Below, piece after piece: positions 25,330-35,655 of a DNA stretch of 48,235 bases. Made by a program: the position numbers and the translations under genes. Position 1 is the stretch's first letter, and every line of letters starts with the position of its first letter. The DNA is taken from the IMG/VR virus record IMGVR_UViG_3300037962_000731, positions 1 to 48,235 of that record; one strand, written 5' to 3'. Under the pieces are notes generated by a model. That model was not told the origin of the DNA. It saw only the letters and a list, made by a program, of their open reading frames with translations, and searched no databases. The DNA comes from a virus (Duplodnaviria; Caudoviricetes).

Positions 25330-28300
25330 GTGGCAAACAATCTAACGCTTAGCGTCACCCTGACCGGCGATGGTCGTCAGCTCACCGGCACCTTGCGCAA
25401 TGCGCAGGGTGAGGTGCAGGCGTTTGGGGGCTCGACCGTTCGCGAAGGCGACCGTGCCGAGCGCTCGCTTGCCAATGTCGAGCGCCGGGCCGGAACCGTC
25501 GGACGTGAGTTGCAGGTACTCACCCGGCTTGCCGCTCCGCTGGGTGCGGCGTTCGCAGGGATGTTTGCTGGCCGGGCCATTCAGAGTCAGATCGACTACG
25601 CCGACCGTCTGCAGAAAACGAATTTGCGCATTGGCGCGAGTGTGGAAGCGCTCAGCCAGTACAACCACGTGGCTGGCCTGTCCGGCGTTGCTTTCGAGCA
25701 GCTTACGACCGGGTGGCAGCGCCAGACTCGCCGCATATCCGAAGCCGCTCAGGGGTACGGTACCGCCACAGATGCCCTCGACACGCTCGGCCTGAGTGCC
25801 GAAGCGCTGAATCAGCTCGCCCCGGAAGAACAGTTCGAACGGATTGCCGAAGCCCTTCAGGGTGTCGAGAGCCAAGCCGATCGCACCGCGTTGGCCATGA
25901 AGTTGTGGGACACCGAAGGCGTGGGCCTGCTGCAAATCGTCAACCAGGGCACTGACGCCATGCGCGCCATGCGCGACGAGGCAGACCGCCTGGGCCTGAC
26001 CATCAGCCAGGAAACGGCGGATGCGATGGCGACCTACAACGACGAAATGGCGCGGTTTCAGGCCGTGGCCACCGGCGTTACGCGGCAGGTCGCCGCCGAG
26101 CTTGTACCGGCCATGACCACGGGCCTGCAAACCGCCAGCGAGTGGATCAATGAGATGGGCGGTGCGGCCACCATTCTCGATACCGTGAAAGATGCGGCCA
26201 CCGGGGTGGCGGCCGTCATGGCAGGCCGTTACGTGGGGGCGCTGGGGGCGGCCACCACGGCCAAACTGGGCGCGATACGGCAAACCATCCTGTATCAGCA
26301 GGCGTTAGCCAGAATGGCCGGGGTCAGTACTACGGCAGCAGCAGGCCAAATGGCGTTGGCAGGTGCCACAAGGGCTGCGTCTGGTGCTTTAGCACTCGTT
26401 GGTGGCCCGTTAGGCGCTGCCGTAGTAGCCGCTGGTGCTATCTACTACTTCCGCGAAGAGCTAGGTCTAGTGCCGAGACCAGCCATTACAGCAGCAGGCG
26501 CTGTTGATGAACTCGCACAGCGTGTAGATGGTGCCGCTGACTCCATGCTCAAGTTTGAAGTCGCCGCCTTCACAGCAGAGCTTGTCAGTTTGCAAGCCGC
26601 CGCGCAGCAAGCAGAAGAGAATCTGGCTCGCTTAGAGCGCACCGCTAGCGAACCTTATAGCTACGGGCAAGGCCAGCAAGGCGACCTCACCGCAGGTGCT
26701 GACCGCCAGCGTGCTCAGCTAGAGAGCATCAACAACCAAATCAATGCCCGTGAGGATGCGATCGCTAAGCTGACAGGCCGCATTGAGCAAATGAACGCGG
26801 CTGACGAAGAGAGCGAAGACCTCCAGCGTCAGCTGCAAATCACTGTGGATGGCCTGACAGATAGCACCGAAAAGGCGGCGGATAAAACATACACATTAGG
26901 CGACGCCTACGAATCCCTACTTGATCGCATCACCCCCAACCGCACGGCGGCTCGCCAGTACGCTCAAAGCTTAGGCGTGCTCAACCTGGCGCTCGCCTCT
27001 GGCCGCATTACCACGATGCAATACATGCAGGCGATGGGCCTGCTGCAAGAGAACTTCCAAGCCGCCCAGCGCGAAACCGATAACCTCGCCGCGAAGACGG
27101 TAGACGCCGCGTTCACGATGGAAGGTGCGTTTGATGAGCTACGCCTGAATGGCCTGCGACGGCTAGATGACGGCTTTGCCGATATGTGGCTGGGTGCGGT
27201 AGACGGCAGCCGCAATGCCAGCGACACCATCAAGCGTGTGTGGGATCAGACCCTCGCTGAGCTGCTGCACATGTCGCTGACACGCCCGGTCACTGTGCAG
27301 CTAGCAGCTAGCATGGGGTTTGGAGGTGGCCAGCAATCTAGCGGTGGTCAATCTATCGGCGGCCTACCTTCCTTTAGCAACATGATGGACGGTAGCGGCG
27401 CTATCGCTAACGCTTACCGCGCCTTTCAAGGCACCGGCTCCTCCTACGCAGGCACCTTCGGCAGCGAGCTTGCTGTGCAAACCGAAGGCGGCTTGCGAGC
27501 TGGTTTCGATTCCTTCGCCGCTAGCGGGCTCGGTAATGCGGCGCTTGGCATCGGTGGCGGTATTGCTGGTGGTTATGTCGGCACCGAGCTGGGTAGCTCT
27601 GTTTTCGGCAAGCAGGCCAACTCTAACTACGGTGCCATTGGTGGTGCTGCGATTGGCCAAGCGCTGATTCCGATTCCGGGCTTGGGTGCCGCCATCGGTG
27701 GCGCGCTGGGTGGATTCCTGGATTCTGCGTTTGGCTCCGGTAATACCCAGCCCGAGTTCAGCTACCAGCAAGACGGACGCAGCCCCGAGGCTTACGACTT
27801 CGGTGGCCGTGAGTCAGCCTTCGGCTCATTCGGGTTTGAACAACAGCGCCTGGGCGAAGATGGCCGTGCTGCCCTAGATGAGTTTGCCTCCGGCTTACAA
27901 GCTGCCGATAACGCACTCGCAAAATACATGACCGATGGGCAGATTGCGGCTGCCAGCGCGGCGCTTGATGCGTTTACCTATTCAGGCTTGTCGAATGCGG
28001 ATCTGCTAGCCGATCGGCTTGACGTGCTGCTTAACGCATCGGGTATGCAGGGCGACCTCTACGACCGTATGCGCAACGACTACCAAGGCGACGACGCCGC
28101 TAAGCGTTACGAATCCGCCTTAAACATTGCAGCATTGGAAGCGGCGCTAGAGAGCGTGCCGGATAACGTACTGACCCACGTTGAGGCGCGGCTAGCAAAT
28201 AGTGACGTGGCGGTTGGCGAGCTAACCCAGTCGCTCTCTATTCAGATCCAGCAGTGGCAAACCCTGCGGGGTCAGTTGGAGCTGATCTCCCCCACGTTCG

Positions 28301-29820
28301 ATAGCCTGGCAATCGGCGCAGTTGATGTAACCAATGCGCTGGTTGACGCTGCCGGTGGGTTAGAGAACCTTCAAGGCCTTTACTCAAGCTATTACCAGAA
28401 CTTCTTTACCGAGGAAGAACGCCAGGCGCGCCTGCAAGAGCAGCTCACCGAACAGTTCGCCGCGCTGAACATGGAGCTGCCAGGCTCTCGCGCTGAGTTT
28501 CGCTCACTGGTCGAGTCGCTGGATGTCACAACCGCGTCAGGCCGTGATGCGCAACTGTCATTGATGGGCCTGAGCAGCTCATTTGCCCAGATGACCGCAG
28601 CCAGCCAGCAGGCAGCGGCGAGCCAAAACGCAGCCGCGCTGAGTTACAGCTCCATCGTCGGAATCGACGGAGCGATCAGCGATTACAACACTAGTGTTTC
28701 TCTTGCACAGGATTTGGCACAACGCCGGAAAGCTCAACTGCAAGATGAGATGCGCGCTGTCGATCAGTTAAGCGGCTTGATTGATTCGTTGATGCTCTCC
28801 AATCAGTCGATTCTCGATCCGATGGAGCGCCTCAACGAAGCCCAGCGGCAGTATGCCCAGTTAGAGATCAGAGCCCAGGCAGGCGACACCCAAGCCGCTG
28901 GCCAGCTGCAGGGCGCGTCTAGCGCGTATCTGGACGCAGCGGCGGCGGTGTACGGGCAATCGTCTAGCCAGTACGCGATGATTTTTAACGAGGTTACCGC
29001 GTCGGTGCGCTCGCTGGAAGATCAATACGGCGATTCCCTCGCCACGCTAGGCAGCATTGAAAGCATCGAGCGGCAGCTACTGCGCGAGCAGCAGCGCGCC
29101 CGCGACACGCTCACGCGCACGCTGAGCGAGCAGATACAAGCCAACGAAGAGTTGGGCACGCTAAGTGGTCTGCTGGAAGCGTTGCCGAGCCACCTCGCTA
29201 GCGCGCTATCAGGCATATTAGGAGAACGGACTACTCCCAACGGTAACACCTACATCCCTGGCGGTTTCGATGCTGAAGGCGACCCATTGCTTTCCGGTGC
29301 ATCCGGTGACATTGCCAACGCCTACCGCGACATTCTAGGACGAGACCCCGACGACTCAGGCAACGCGTATTGGCAAAGCCGTTTAGATAGCGGTACCTCA
29401 ATCGAGCGTATCCGCGAAGAGATGGCAGCGCAGGCGGCGGATGGTTACCACCGGGATGGCTTAGACCGTGTGCCGTTCGATGACTATCGCGCCGTGCTAC
29501 ACGAAGGCGAAACGGTACTCAACGCCCAAGCGGCTGCTGCCTGGCGGCAACAGCAGCGAATGACCGCGCCGAGAGCGCTGCCCATGCCCAACCTGCCGCC
29601 CATGCCGTTTTCCACGATGGGCAGCCGCCAAGCCACGTCCGCGCCTGCCATTAACCTAGAACCGCTGCTGCGCAAGATCGACACGTTGACCGCCGAAGTC
29701 GCCCAGCTACGCGGGGAGCGTGCCGATGATGCGCAGCGAGCAGCGAGCCAGCGTCAGGCTCAGTTACGCGAACAAGAGCGTGCCCGTGGCCGTGCCAAAA
29801 AGGGAGTGAAGACGGTATGA
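25330..29820 (+). CDS. Tape measure protein
   Basis: 1496 aa, Ala/Gly/Gln-rich helical, follows chaperones; 'LALVGGPLG' and 'AVLHEGETVL' motifs. Confidence 0.92.
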   Translation: MANNLTLSVTLTGDGRQLTGTLRNAQGEVQAFGGSTVREGDRAERSLANVERRAGTVGRELQVLTRLAAPLGAAFAGMFAGRAIQSQIDYADRLQKTNLRIGASVEALSQYNHVAGLSGVAFEQLTTGWQRQTRRISEAAQGYGTATDALDTLGLSAEALNQLAPEEQFERIAEALQGVESQADRTALAMKLWDTEGVGLLQIVNQGTDAMRAMRDEADRLGLTISQETADAMATYNDEMARFQAVATGVTRQVAAELVPAMTTGLQTASEWINEMGGAATILDTVKDAATGVAAVMAGRYVGALGAATTAKLGAIRQTILYQQALARMAGVSTTAAAGQMALAGATRAASGALALVGGPLGAAVVAAGAIYYFREELGLVPRPAITAAGAVDELAQRVDGAADSMLKFEVAAFTAELVSLQAAAQQAEENLARLERTASEPYSYGQGQQGDLTAGADRQRAQLESINNQINAREDAIAKLTGRIEQMNAADEESEDLQRQLQITVDGLTDSTEKAADKTYTLGDAYESLLDRITPNRTAARQYAQSLGVLNLALASGRITTMQYMQAMGLLQENFQAAQRETDNLAAKTVDAAFTMEGAFDELRLNGLRRLDDGFADMWLGAVDGSRNASDTIKRVWDQTLAELLHMSLTRPVTVQLAASMGFGGGQQSSGGQSIGGLPSFSNMMDGSGAIANAYRAFQGTGSSYAGTFGSELAVQTEGGLRAGFDSFAASGLGNAALGIGGGIAGGYVGTELGSSVFGKQANSNYGAIGGAAIGQALIPIPGLGAAIGGALGGFLDSAFGSGNTQPEFSYQQDGRSPEAYDFGGRESAFGSFGFEQQRLGEDGRAALDEFASGLQAADNALAKYMTDGQIAAASAALDAFTYSGLSNADLLADRLDVLLNASGMQGDLYDRMRNDYQGDDAAKRYESALNIAALEAALESVPDNVLTHVEARLANSDVAVGELTQSLSIQIQQWQTLRGQLELISPTFDSLAIGAVDVTNALVDAAGGLENLQGLYSSYYQNFFTEEERQARLQEQLTEQFAALNMELPGSRAEFRSLVESLDVTTASGRDAQLSLMGLSSSFAQMTAASQQAAASQNAAALSYSSIVGIDGAISDYNTSVSLAQDLAQRRKAQLQDEMRAVDQLSGLIDSLMLSNQSILDPMERLNEAQRQYAQLEIRAQAGDTQAAGQLQGASSAYLDAAAAVYGQSSSQYAMIFNEVTASVRSLEDQYGDSLATLGSIESIERQLLREQQRARDTLTRTLSEQIQANEELGTLSGLLEALPSHLASALSGILGERTTPNGNTYIPGGFDAEGDPLLSGASGDIANAYRDILGRDPDDSGNAYWQSRLDSGTSIERIREEMAAQAADGYHRDGLDRVPFDDYRAVLHEGETVLNAQAAAAWRQQQRMTAPRALPMPNLPPMPFSTMGSRQATSAPAINLEPLLRKIDTLTAEVAQLRGERADDAQRAASQRQAQLREQERARGRAKKGVKTV

Positions 29821-31268
29821 CGGACGCGGAGTACAACGACTGGCTGAGCGACCTGGCCGCGCCCCGCGTGGTGCTGTGTGAGTTGGATTATGCAGGCGGT
29901 ACCGAATACCTCGCTAACCGCCCGTATATCTCAAAGCCCACCGATGACCCGCCCAACCGGATCTATGACGACCTGATTGCCGAGGCCATCGACATCACCA
30001 CGCGCATCGATGGCGAGATCGAGTTTGGCGAGATTCAGCTGATCAACGATGGCGAGATCACCCATTGGTCTACGCGGGCCTGGGAAGGCCACGCGATACG
30101 GCTTTACTTGGGCGGCCCTGGCTGGCCGCTGGCAGATTTTCGGTTGCACGCCCAGGGCATTAACGCGGGGATTAATAACGACCGCCGCGGTGAACTGTCG
30201 TTCGATATGGTGGATCAATCCGCGCTGTTTGATGAGCCGATCGATACCGGGCGGCTTCCCGATGACGCCGGGCCGGTACCGCTGGCATTGGGCACGGTGT
30301 ACAACGCCCCGGCGTTTCGCACCAGTGACGGCACGCAGTACGAATACAAAGCCTCTTATCTGCCGTGCGTGTCGCTGACGCCCAAAGAGGGTGGATCAAC
30401 CACGCTCAACGTGACGACACACCCAGCGGAAGGCCGGTTTGTGCTGGATGCCCCGACCTCGTTGGATCTCACGGTCGATATTGCCGAGGCCCACAACACG
30501 CCTGCGTTAATCGCTGAGTGGGTGGCGGGTTACTACGGCATCACCGTAGGCGAGATCGCGCTACCCGCGTATGCCGCCGGGCTGTACTACTCCGGCGAAG
30601 TGACCGGCAGGCAAGTGCTCGATGACCTGTGTGCCGGGCTGGGGGCGTATTGGTACCTCAATGCGTTGGGGGCGCTGGTGGTGCGTCAGCACGTTATCCC
30701 CGGCACGCCAGAGGTGATCATTGATGTTGACGACATTGAGTACGACCGCATCGCGATGGTGGACACCCAGCAGCCCTGGCGGCAGCTCACGCTGCATTGG
30801 GGCCGTAACTACGCGCCCATTCGCACGCTCGCGGCGATTGTCGAAACCGACACGCCCACCGAGGCGGCGCGGCTGCAGCGTGAGTGGTCATCATCGGTGG
30901 CCACGCAACCCGTGGATGATCACCCCCAAGCGGAAGCGGTGACCCGTGATAGCTGCATCCAAGACGAAGTGGACGCCGCGACCGAACGCGACCGGTTGCT
31001 AACGCTTCGCTGTGTGCGCGCCGATGTGTGGGAACTGGATGCGTTTCTGCCGCCGGTGGCGCTCGGGCAAAGCGTAGAGATTGAGCACCCGCGTACCTCT
31101 GGGCTGATCGGGCGGGTTATCTCCGTCAGCCGGTCGCCCACTCGAACCACCACCACCCTACAAGTTTGGTTCCCGGCCCCGTGGGTGCCGGGGCAGTTCA
31201 CGGCGGCGGTCGATGCCCTCGACATTGCCGTACAAGACACGCTACCCGTGCTATTTGAAGAGGCGTAA
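29817..31268 (+). CDS. Tail tip / hub-like structural protein
   Basis: ATGA-coupled to TMP; 'YNDWL', 'PLALGTVYNAP'; acidic. Confidence 0.7.
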   Translation: MTDAEYNDWLSDLAAPRVVLCELDYAGGTEYLANRPYISKPTDDPPNRIYDDLIAEAIDITTRIDGEIEFGEIQLINDGEITHWSTRAWEGHAIRLYLGGPGWPLADFRLHAQGINAGINNDRRGELSFDMVDQSALFDEPIDTGRLPDDAGPVPLALGTVYNAPAFRTSDGTQYEYKASYLPCVSLTPKEGGSTTLNVTTHPAEGRFVLDAPTSLDLTVDIAEAHNTPALIAEWVAGYYGITVGEIALPAYAAGLYYSGEVTGRQVLDDLCAGLGAYWYLNALGALVVRQHVIPGTPEVIIDVDDIEYDRIAMVDTQQPWRQLTLHWGRNYAPIRTLAAIVETDTPTEAARLQREWSSSVATQPVDDHPQAEAVTRDSCIQDEVDAATERDRLLTLRCVRADVWELDAFLPPVALGQSVEIEHPRTSGLIGRVISVSRSPTRTTTTLQVWFPAPWVPGQFTAAVDALDIAVQDTLPVLFEEA

Positions 31269-31270
31269 CG

Positions 31271-32908
31271 ATGCCCACTATCCCGCAAGAGATCAGTCAG
31301 TCAACGCAAACGCTGACGGATAACGCCACCATCGTAGAGCAGTTCGCTCAAGGGGCCGCGAACACGTTCATTCCCGTGCGCGGTGGCACCCTGCGTCCTT
31401 TGCTTTACTGGCAAAGCACGTTTCAAAACAAAGTCACGGAGCTGGCACAGCCCTACGTTGAGCAGCTGATTCAGGCTAACCAGGTGGCGGACGGTAAGGT
31501 ACAGTCCGCCGCTGACAGCGCCGCCGATGCTAATCAATCCGCACAGGAGGCCGCCGCGAGCGCGGCGTCAGTGGATTTCCCAACGCGTCTGGCAGAGTTG
31601 AACGCACAGCAAACCCGGTTGGCTCGGTCGCTGGCAGCGATTGGCGACCACGGCCAATCCATGCACATGGATTTTGGGTTGAAAGCCTTTGCCCTTGGGG
31701 AGAGGGAGGGACTCAACAGAACGCTGTCGTTTGCAGAGCTGTTTCCCGATTATTCACGTGTGAGCCCTGCCGTGGCGCGTGATGAAGAGGGATATTTATA
31801 TACCGTCCCTGAGGATGTCCCCGCTTACGATTGGGACCCTGTGTTGCAAAAGTGGAAGCTGCAGATCTGGGGATCAGAAAGTAACGATATGCCGTGGAGC
31901 GAAGCCATGGAACAGTGGAGCCTTGAAGGTGGCTCAAGATCACTGAACGTGCGTGCCGCACCCGATCGCAAGGTGACCGCTGACCGTTTCATAGAAAATG
32001 AAGCATTCACGGGTCACGGAATCGCAGTTTCATACACCCCTACACCCGGAGTTCAGAGAACGATCAGCGTTTTTGGTCGTGAATATGAAGGCGGTGACAA
32101 GCGCTATGTAGCGATCATTACCCCCAGATCATGGTCCTCTGATAACGGCTATCGCTATGCTTCGTTTGACCTTTCAGGAGAGGGGATGGTAACCGAGGTG
32201 AGCAGTGCCAGCGTCAGTGCGGGTATTGAGCGCTATGCGGATGGCTATTTCCGCTGCTGGCTCACCTTCACCCCGGATGTGTCGACCGGCGATCTGCTCC
32301 GCTTCCGCTGTGTCGACGTGCCGACAAATAGCCTGAGGACGTATGCCGGGGACGGGGTGTCCGGTCTCTACCTGTGGGGGATGAAGATTAACCCCGGTGA
32401 TCGTCCTGGCCCTTATGTCCCGACGGCAGGAAGCCCCATCACCCGGGCGGCAGACAACCTGGGTCGCACTCTTGGTGAAGAGTATCAGCAGGGGGAAGGA
32501 ACGACGATTATTCAGTGGTCGACTGAGACTCTGGCCTCCCCTGTGTATCGAAGAGTTGTTCAATATGGCACCAGTAATGATGGCTATAGGGCTCTACTTA
32601 GAGGGGTGACTCCCAACACTATCTACGTTACGGGGCTTAACGCCGGGGCGGCGGCAGGCTTCACGAACTTTTACCCGGTGGTCCGGGGAGAGGCCACCAA
32701 AACAGGCGTCCGAATAGGAGGCGGCCAGATCTCAATCTGTCAGTCCGGCAGCATTGACAGTATTTCTTACACCCCTGAGGCGACAATTTCCACAGTTTAT
32801 GTTGGTTCGGATGAGGCGGGAGGCAGTCACTTGGAGGGGCATGTACTTTCCGTTCTGCATATCCCTTATGCCGTATCGGACGCTGTGTTTCAGGAGCTCA
32901 CCACATGA
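31271..32908 (+). CDS. Tail fibre/spike: coiled-coil stalk + carbohydrate-binding/LamG-like beta domains
   Basis: N-terminal Ala/Gln coiled coil; 'GYFRCWLT', 'GDGVSGLYLWG', 'PYVPT...TRAAD' motifs. Confidence 0.7.
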   Translation: MPTIPQEISQSTQTLTDNATIVEQFAQGAANTFIPVRGGTLRPLLYWQSTFQNKVTELAQPYVEQLIQANQVADGKVQSAADSAADANQSAQEAAASAASVDFPTRLAELNAQQTRLARSLAAIGDHGQSMHMDFGLKAFALGEREGLNRTLSFAELFPDYSRVSPAVARDEEGYLYTVPEDVPAYDWDPVLQKWKLQIWGSESNDMPWSEAMEQWSLEGGSRSLNVRAAPDRKVTADRFIENEAFTGHGIAVSYTPTPGVQRTISVFGREYEGGDKRYVAIITPRSWSSDNGYRYASFDLSGEGMVTEVSSASVSAGIERYADGYFRCWLTFTPDVSTGDLLRFRCVDVPTNSLRTYAGDGVSGLYLWGMKINPGDRPGPYVPTAGSPITRAADNLGRTLGEEYQQGEGTTIIQWSTETLASPVYRRVVQYGTSNDGYRALLRGVTPNTIYVTGLNAGAAAGFTNFYPVVRGEATKTGVRIGGGQISICQSGSIDSISYTPEATISTVYVGSDEAGGSHLEGHVLSVLHIPYAVSDAVFQELTT

Positions 32909-33324
32909 TCGACGCCATCATCTATGTCGCGCAGTTCAGTGCGCTGGTCGGCTATCTCGATGCCGAGCACCCCGAGACGCTCGAACGCGATGAGGAGGGC
33001 AACCTGGCCATGCCGCCCAACGTCATCGCTTTCGCGCGCACGCCGGCCGTGGTCAGTGGTGATGAGCTGCTGGCGTATTGCCGCTTCCAGGATGCCCAGG
33101 CAACCCAATGGCGCGGCACGCCGGGGGTGGAGGTGCTGGCCGAGGCACCGTTCGAGGGGCCGGGCACCACCGATGCGGTCTATGCCGCGCTGTTCGCTGA
33201 TCCGGAAGCCAAGGCCATTTACGACCGTGTGTATCCCCATGAGCCGTACACCATTACTGACCCAGACATGGGCGAAATAGTGATTACGCCCCCCGAACGT
33301 TTCGGCGCGATGGCAGGAGGGTGA
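32905..33324 (+). CDS. Hypothetical tail-fibre-associated protein
   Basis: SD AGGAG, ATGA-coupled to fibre gene. Confidence 0.6.
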   Translation: MIDAIIYVAQFSALVGYLDAEHPETLERDEEGNLAMPPNVIAFARTPAVVSGDELLAYCRFQDAQATQWRGTPGVEVLAEAPFEGPGTTDAVYAALFADPEAKAIYDRVYPHEPYTITDPDMGEIVITPPERFGAMAGG

Positions 33325-33327
33325 TGG

Positions 33328-34146
33328 ATGGCTAACAACCTACGGCTCATCGTCAACAACGCCCACGATGGCGCGCTGTTATCCGCCACGACTAACGCCC
33401 TGCCCATCGCGTATACCCAGCAATCCAAACGCGTGAAGCCCTGGCGCTCTGAGGGCACTGGCCAGCAGGTCATTGACGCCACGCTTCCCGCCCCGACGCT
33501 GTTATCCGGCGGCATTTTGTACCGGCACAACCTCTCTGCAGGGTCTCGGGTGCGGCTGGAGATATTGAACGGCACGGCCACGGCGTGGGATTCAGGGCTC
33601 AGGTCGGTATCCGGCGTGATACCGCTGGGGGAGTTCCGGTTCGGTATCGACAAGTGGGGCGCTACCTCTACCGATGACCTGCCGGTCAAGGAGTCGCGCT
33701 TCTGGTTTCCATCAACGCTGGCCACGGGCTACCGCTGGACGATTACCGATGCCGATAACCCGGATGGGTACATCGAGATAGGCCGCATCGTCATGGGGCC
33801 GGTCATCTCGCCGAAATTTAACCCTAGCTTTGGGCTGAGTCTCGAAGCCGAGGATTTTAGCCAGCACCGGCGTACTGAGGGGCTTTCGCTTTATACGATC
33901 GGCGACGGAGAGGCGCGGCGGCTTGAGTTTGATTTAAACCACCTGATCGACACCGATCGCCAGAATTTGACTAGAGCGTTTCGGCGTGCCGGTAAGCGTA
34001 CCGATATTTACGTGAGCGTTTTTCCCGAGGCTGGCGGCTTTGATGAAGCGGAGTATGCGTTCCTGGGGCGTCGAGAAAACAACTGGAAGCACACCCATAA
34101 CCGGCCCAGAAACTGGCAATCCAAAATAGTCATTATCGAGGTGTAA
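33328..34146 (+). CDS. Tail structural protein (distal-tail-like)
   Basis: 'HNLS', 'ITDADNPDGYIEIGRIVMG', 'PKFNPSFG'; SD GGAGG. Confidence 0.7.
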   Translation: MANNLRLIVNNAHDGALLSATTNALPIAYTQQSKRVKPWRSEGTGQQVIDATLPAPTLLSGGILYRHNLSAGSRVRLEILNGTATAWDSGLRSVSGVIPLGEFRFGIDKWGATSTDDLPVKESRFWFPSTLATGYRWTITDADNPDGYIEIGRIVMGPVISPKFNPSFGLSLEAEDFSQHRRTEGLSLYTIGDGEARRLEFDLNHLIDTDRQNLTRAFRRAGKRTDIYVSVFPEAGGFDEAEYAFLGRRENNWKHTHNRPRNWQSKIVIIEV

Positions 34147-34148
34147 CC

Positions 34149-34889
34149 ATGGCCACCGCGCCCGCAGTCCCCAATTTTGCAGCCACTAATTTCGCGCTTG
34201 GCGACGATGACGAAGCCATCGACAAGCAGAACGCCCAAAACGCCATGATGGTGAGCTACTTTGGCCAGTTCGGTGCGTTCGCTCAACAGCTCGAAAACGA
34301 GCAGCAGCAGACCCTAGACAGCGCCAATCAGATATTACAGTCGACCAATGGTGTGTATCAAAACGTTGTGCAAGAGCGGCAAGCCGCACAAACCGCCCGG
34401 CAGGAAGCCGAGGCCGCCCGCGATCAGGCACAACAGATTGCCGTGGGAACGGTCGGCGTGACCGAGCTACAGCCGGGCGCGTTAGCCAATCCAATGGACT
34501 ATGTCAGTGCTGAAGACGGTTCACTGACGGTGCGCAATCTGGATGTCGACTTTTCCACGCTGCTGGCGGGCGGGCATAAGCGCGCATCCCTGGCTAGATA
34601 TGATGTTGCGTGGCAAATGGGCAATACCGGTTTCGACCTGGGGGGGCGGCAGGTATTCCGTGTTGATGCGACGCAGCAGCGCACGCTAACGATCGTGAAC
34701 CACCCCGGCGAAGATCGGGCGATGGTGGTGGTCATCAAGGTGTACGGCACGGTGCCGCCCATTTGGCCAAGCCAGTGGCAAGGCGCGTGGGTAGAAGGCG
34801 TGGAGCCGCTGCTAGGGACCACTAAAACCACCATTGTGGGTTGGTGGGATGGTGACGAATGGGAGCTCTCAGTGGTGTCAAAGCTATGA
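34149..34889 (+). CDS. Short tail fibre-like protein
   Basis: Coiled coil 'AQTARQEAEAARDQA' then beta-rich C terminus 'WP..W..G.EP...WDGDEW'. Confidence 0.6.
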   Translation: MATAPAVPNFAATNFALGDDDEAIDKQNAQNAMMVSYFGQFGAFAQQLENEQQQTLDSANQILQSTNGVYQNVVQERQAAQTARQEAEAARDQAQQIAVGTVGVTELQPGALANPMDYVSAEDGSLTVRNLDVDFSTLLAGGHKRASLARYDVAWQMGNTGFDLGGRQVFRVDATQQRTLTIVNHPGEDRAMVVVIKVYGTVPPIWPSQWQGAWVEGVEPLLGTTKTTIVGWWDGDEWELSVVSKL

Positions 34890-35515
34890 TGGAACTGATG
34901 ATGATGCGGGGGGGGAACCGAGGACTGGAAACCCCCTGGCAGTATGTGGGGTATGGGTACGAATACAGCTCAGCGCTGGCCATCACCGGGGCGCTCCCCA
35001 CGAACGCTCAGCCGGGTGATCTGGTGGTATCGGTGATTTCAGCGCGGGCGTATAACGGTGATGTACGGGATCTCGACATGACCACCCCCGGCTGGACAGT
35101 GTTTAAAGCAGGGACGGTGGCCTGGGTCGCGGCCACGATTTACAGAGCAGGCATGGCCCCACCGGTGTGGGAACAACCGTATTCCCGCTACGTGCGCGTG
35201 TTAACGTTTTGCTACCGCAATCCGGGGTGGTCGTCTATCAAACTGGTCAGCTTACTGGCAGTGCAATCACCGGTCGATGTGGATGTGCAGGCACGTAATA
35301 GCCTGATTCTCAACATAGGCAACACGCCGGGCACGTCGGGCTATTGGCGATTACCGAACACTGGAGAGTCGTTTTCTCAACGCTACAATACCCGTTCGTC
35401 ACCCTCGCTGTACGTGACGGATGCAAATATCGCCACCCCGCGGCTGGTGGAAAACGTATATGCGTACACGTCAGACGGCGGGGCTATTAGGAACATTATT
35501 CTAGTGGCGTATTAG
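34886..35515 (+). CDS. Putative tail fibre tip / receptor-binding accessory protein
   Basis: ATGA-coupled at 34886; 'LPTNAQPGDLVV...TPGWT' beta-rich motif. Confidence 0.6.
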   Translation: MMELMMMRGGNRGLETPWQYVGYGYEYSSALAITGALPTNAQPGDLVVSVISARAYNGDVRDLDMTTPGWTVFKAGTVAWVAATIYRAGMAPPVWEQPYSRYVRVLTFCYRNPGWSSIKLVSLLAVQSPVDVDVQARNSLILNIGNTPGTSGYWRLPNTGESFSQRYNTRSSPSLYVTDANIATPRLVENVYAYTSDGGAIRNIILVAY

Positions 35516-35517
35516 AA

Positions 35518-35620
35518 GGGAGTGACCACCTAAGGTGCAGGAACACCGGAGGTGGCCACCAACCAGCAGAGCACACCTGCAAGTCGGCCAAGACTCCCCT
35601 GCCTCGCGAGGCTCAGGCAG
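35518..35620. ncRNA. Candidate structured RNA upstream of com
   Basis: GGGAGT/ACTCCC closes two hairpins (CCACCT..GGTG-CAGGAA-CACC..AGGTGG; GCAG/CTGC), then CTGCCT/AGGCAG. Confidence 0.45.
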
Positions 35621-35655
35621 TCTAAGCCAAACGTTAGAACGTTAGAAGGCTTGAC

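Noticed and set aside
31271-35515. Diversity-generating retroelement or invertible tail-fibre cassette
   Set aside because: No reverse transcriptase or invertase gene, and no template/variable repeat pair or flanking inverted sites noticed
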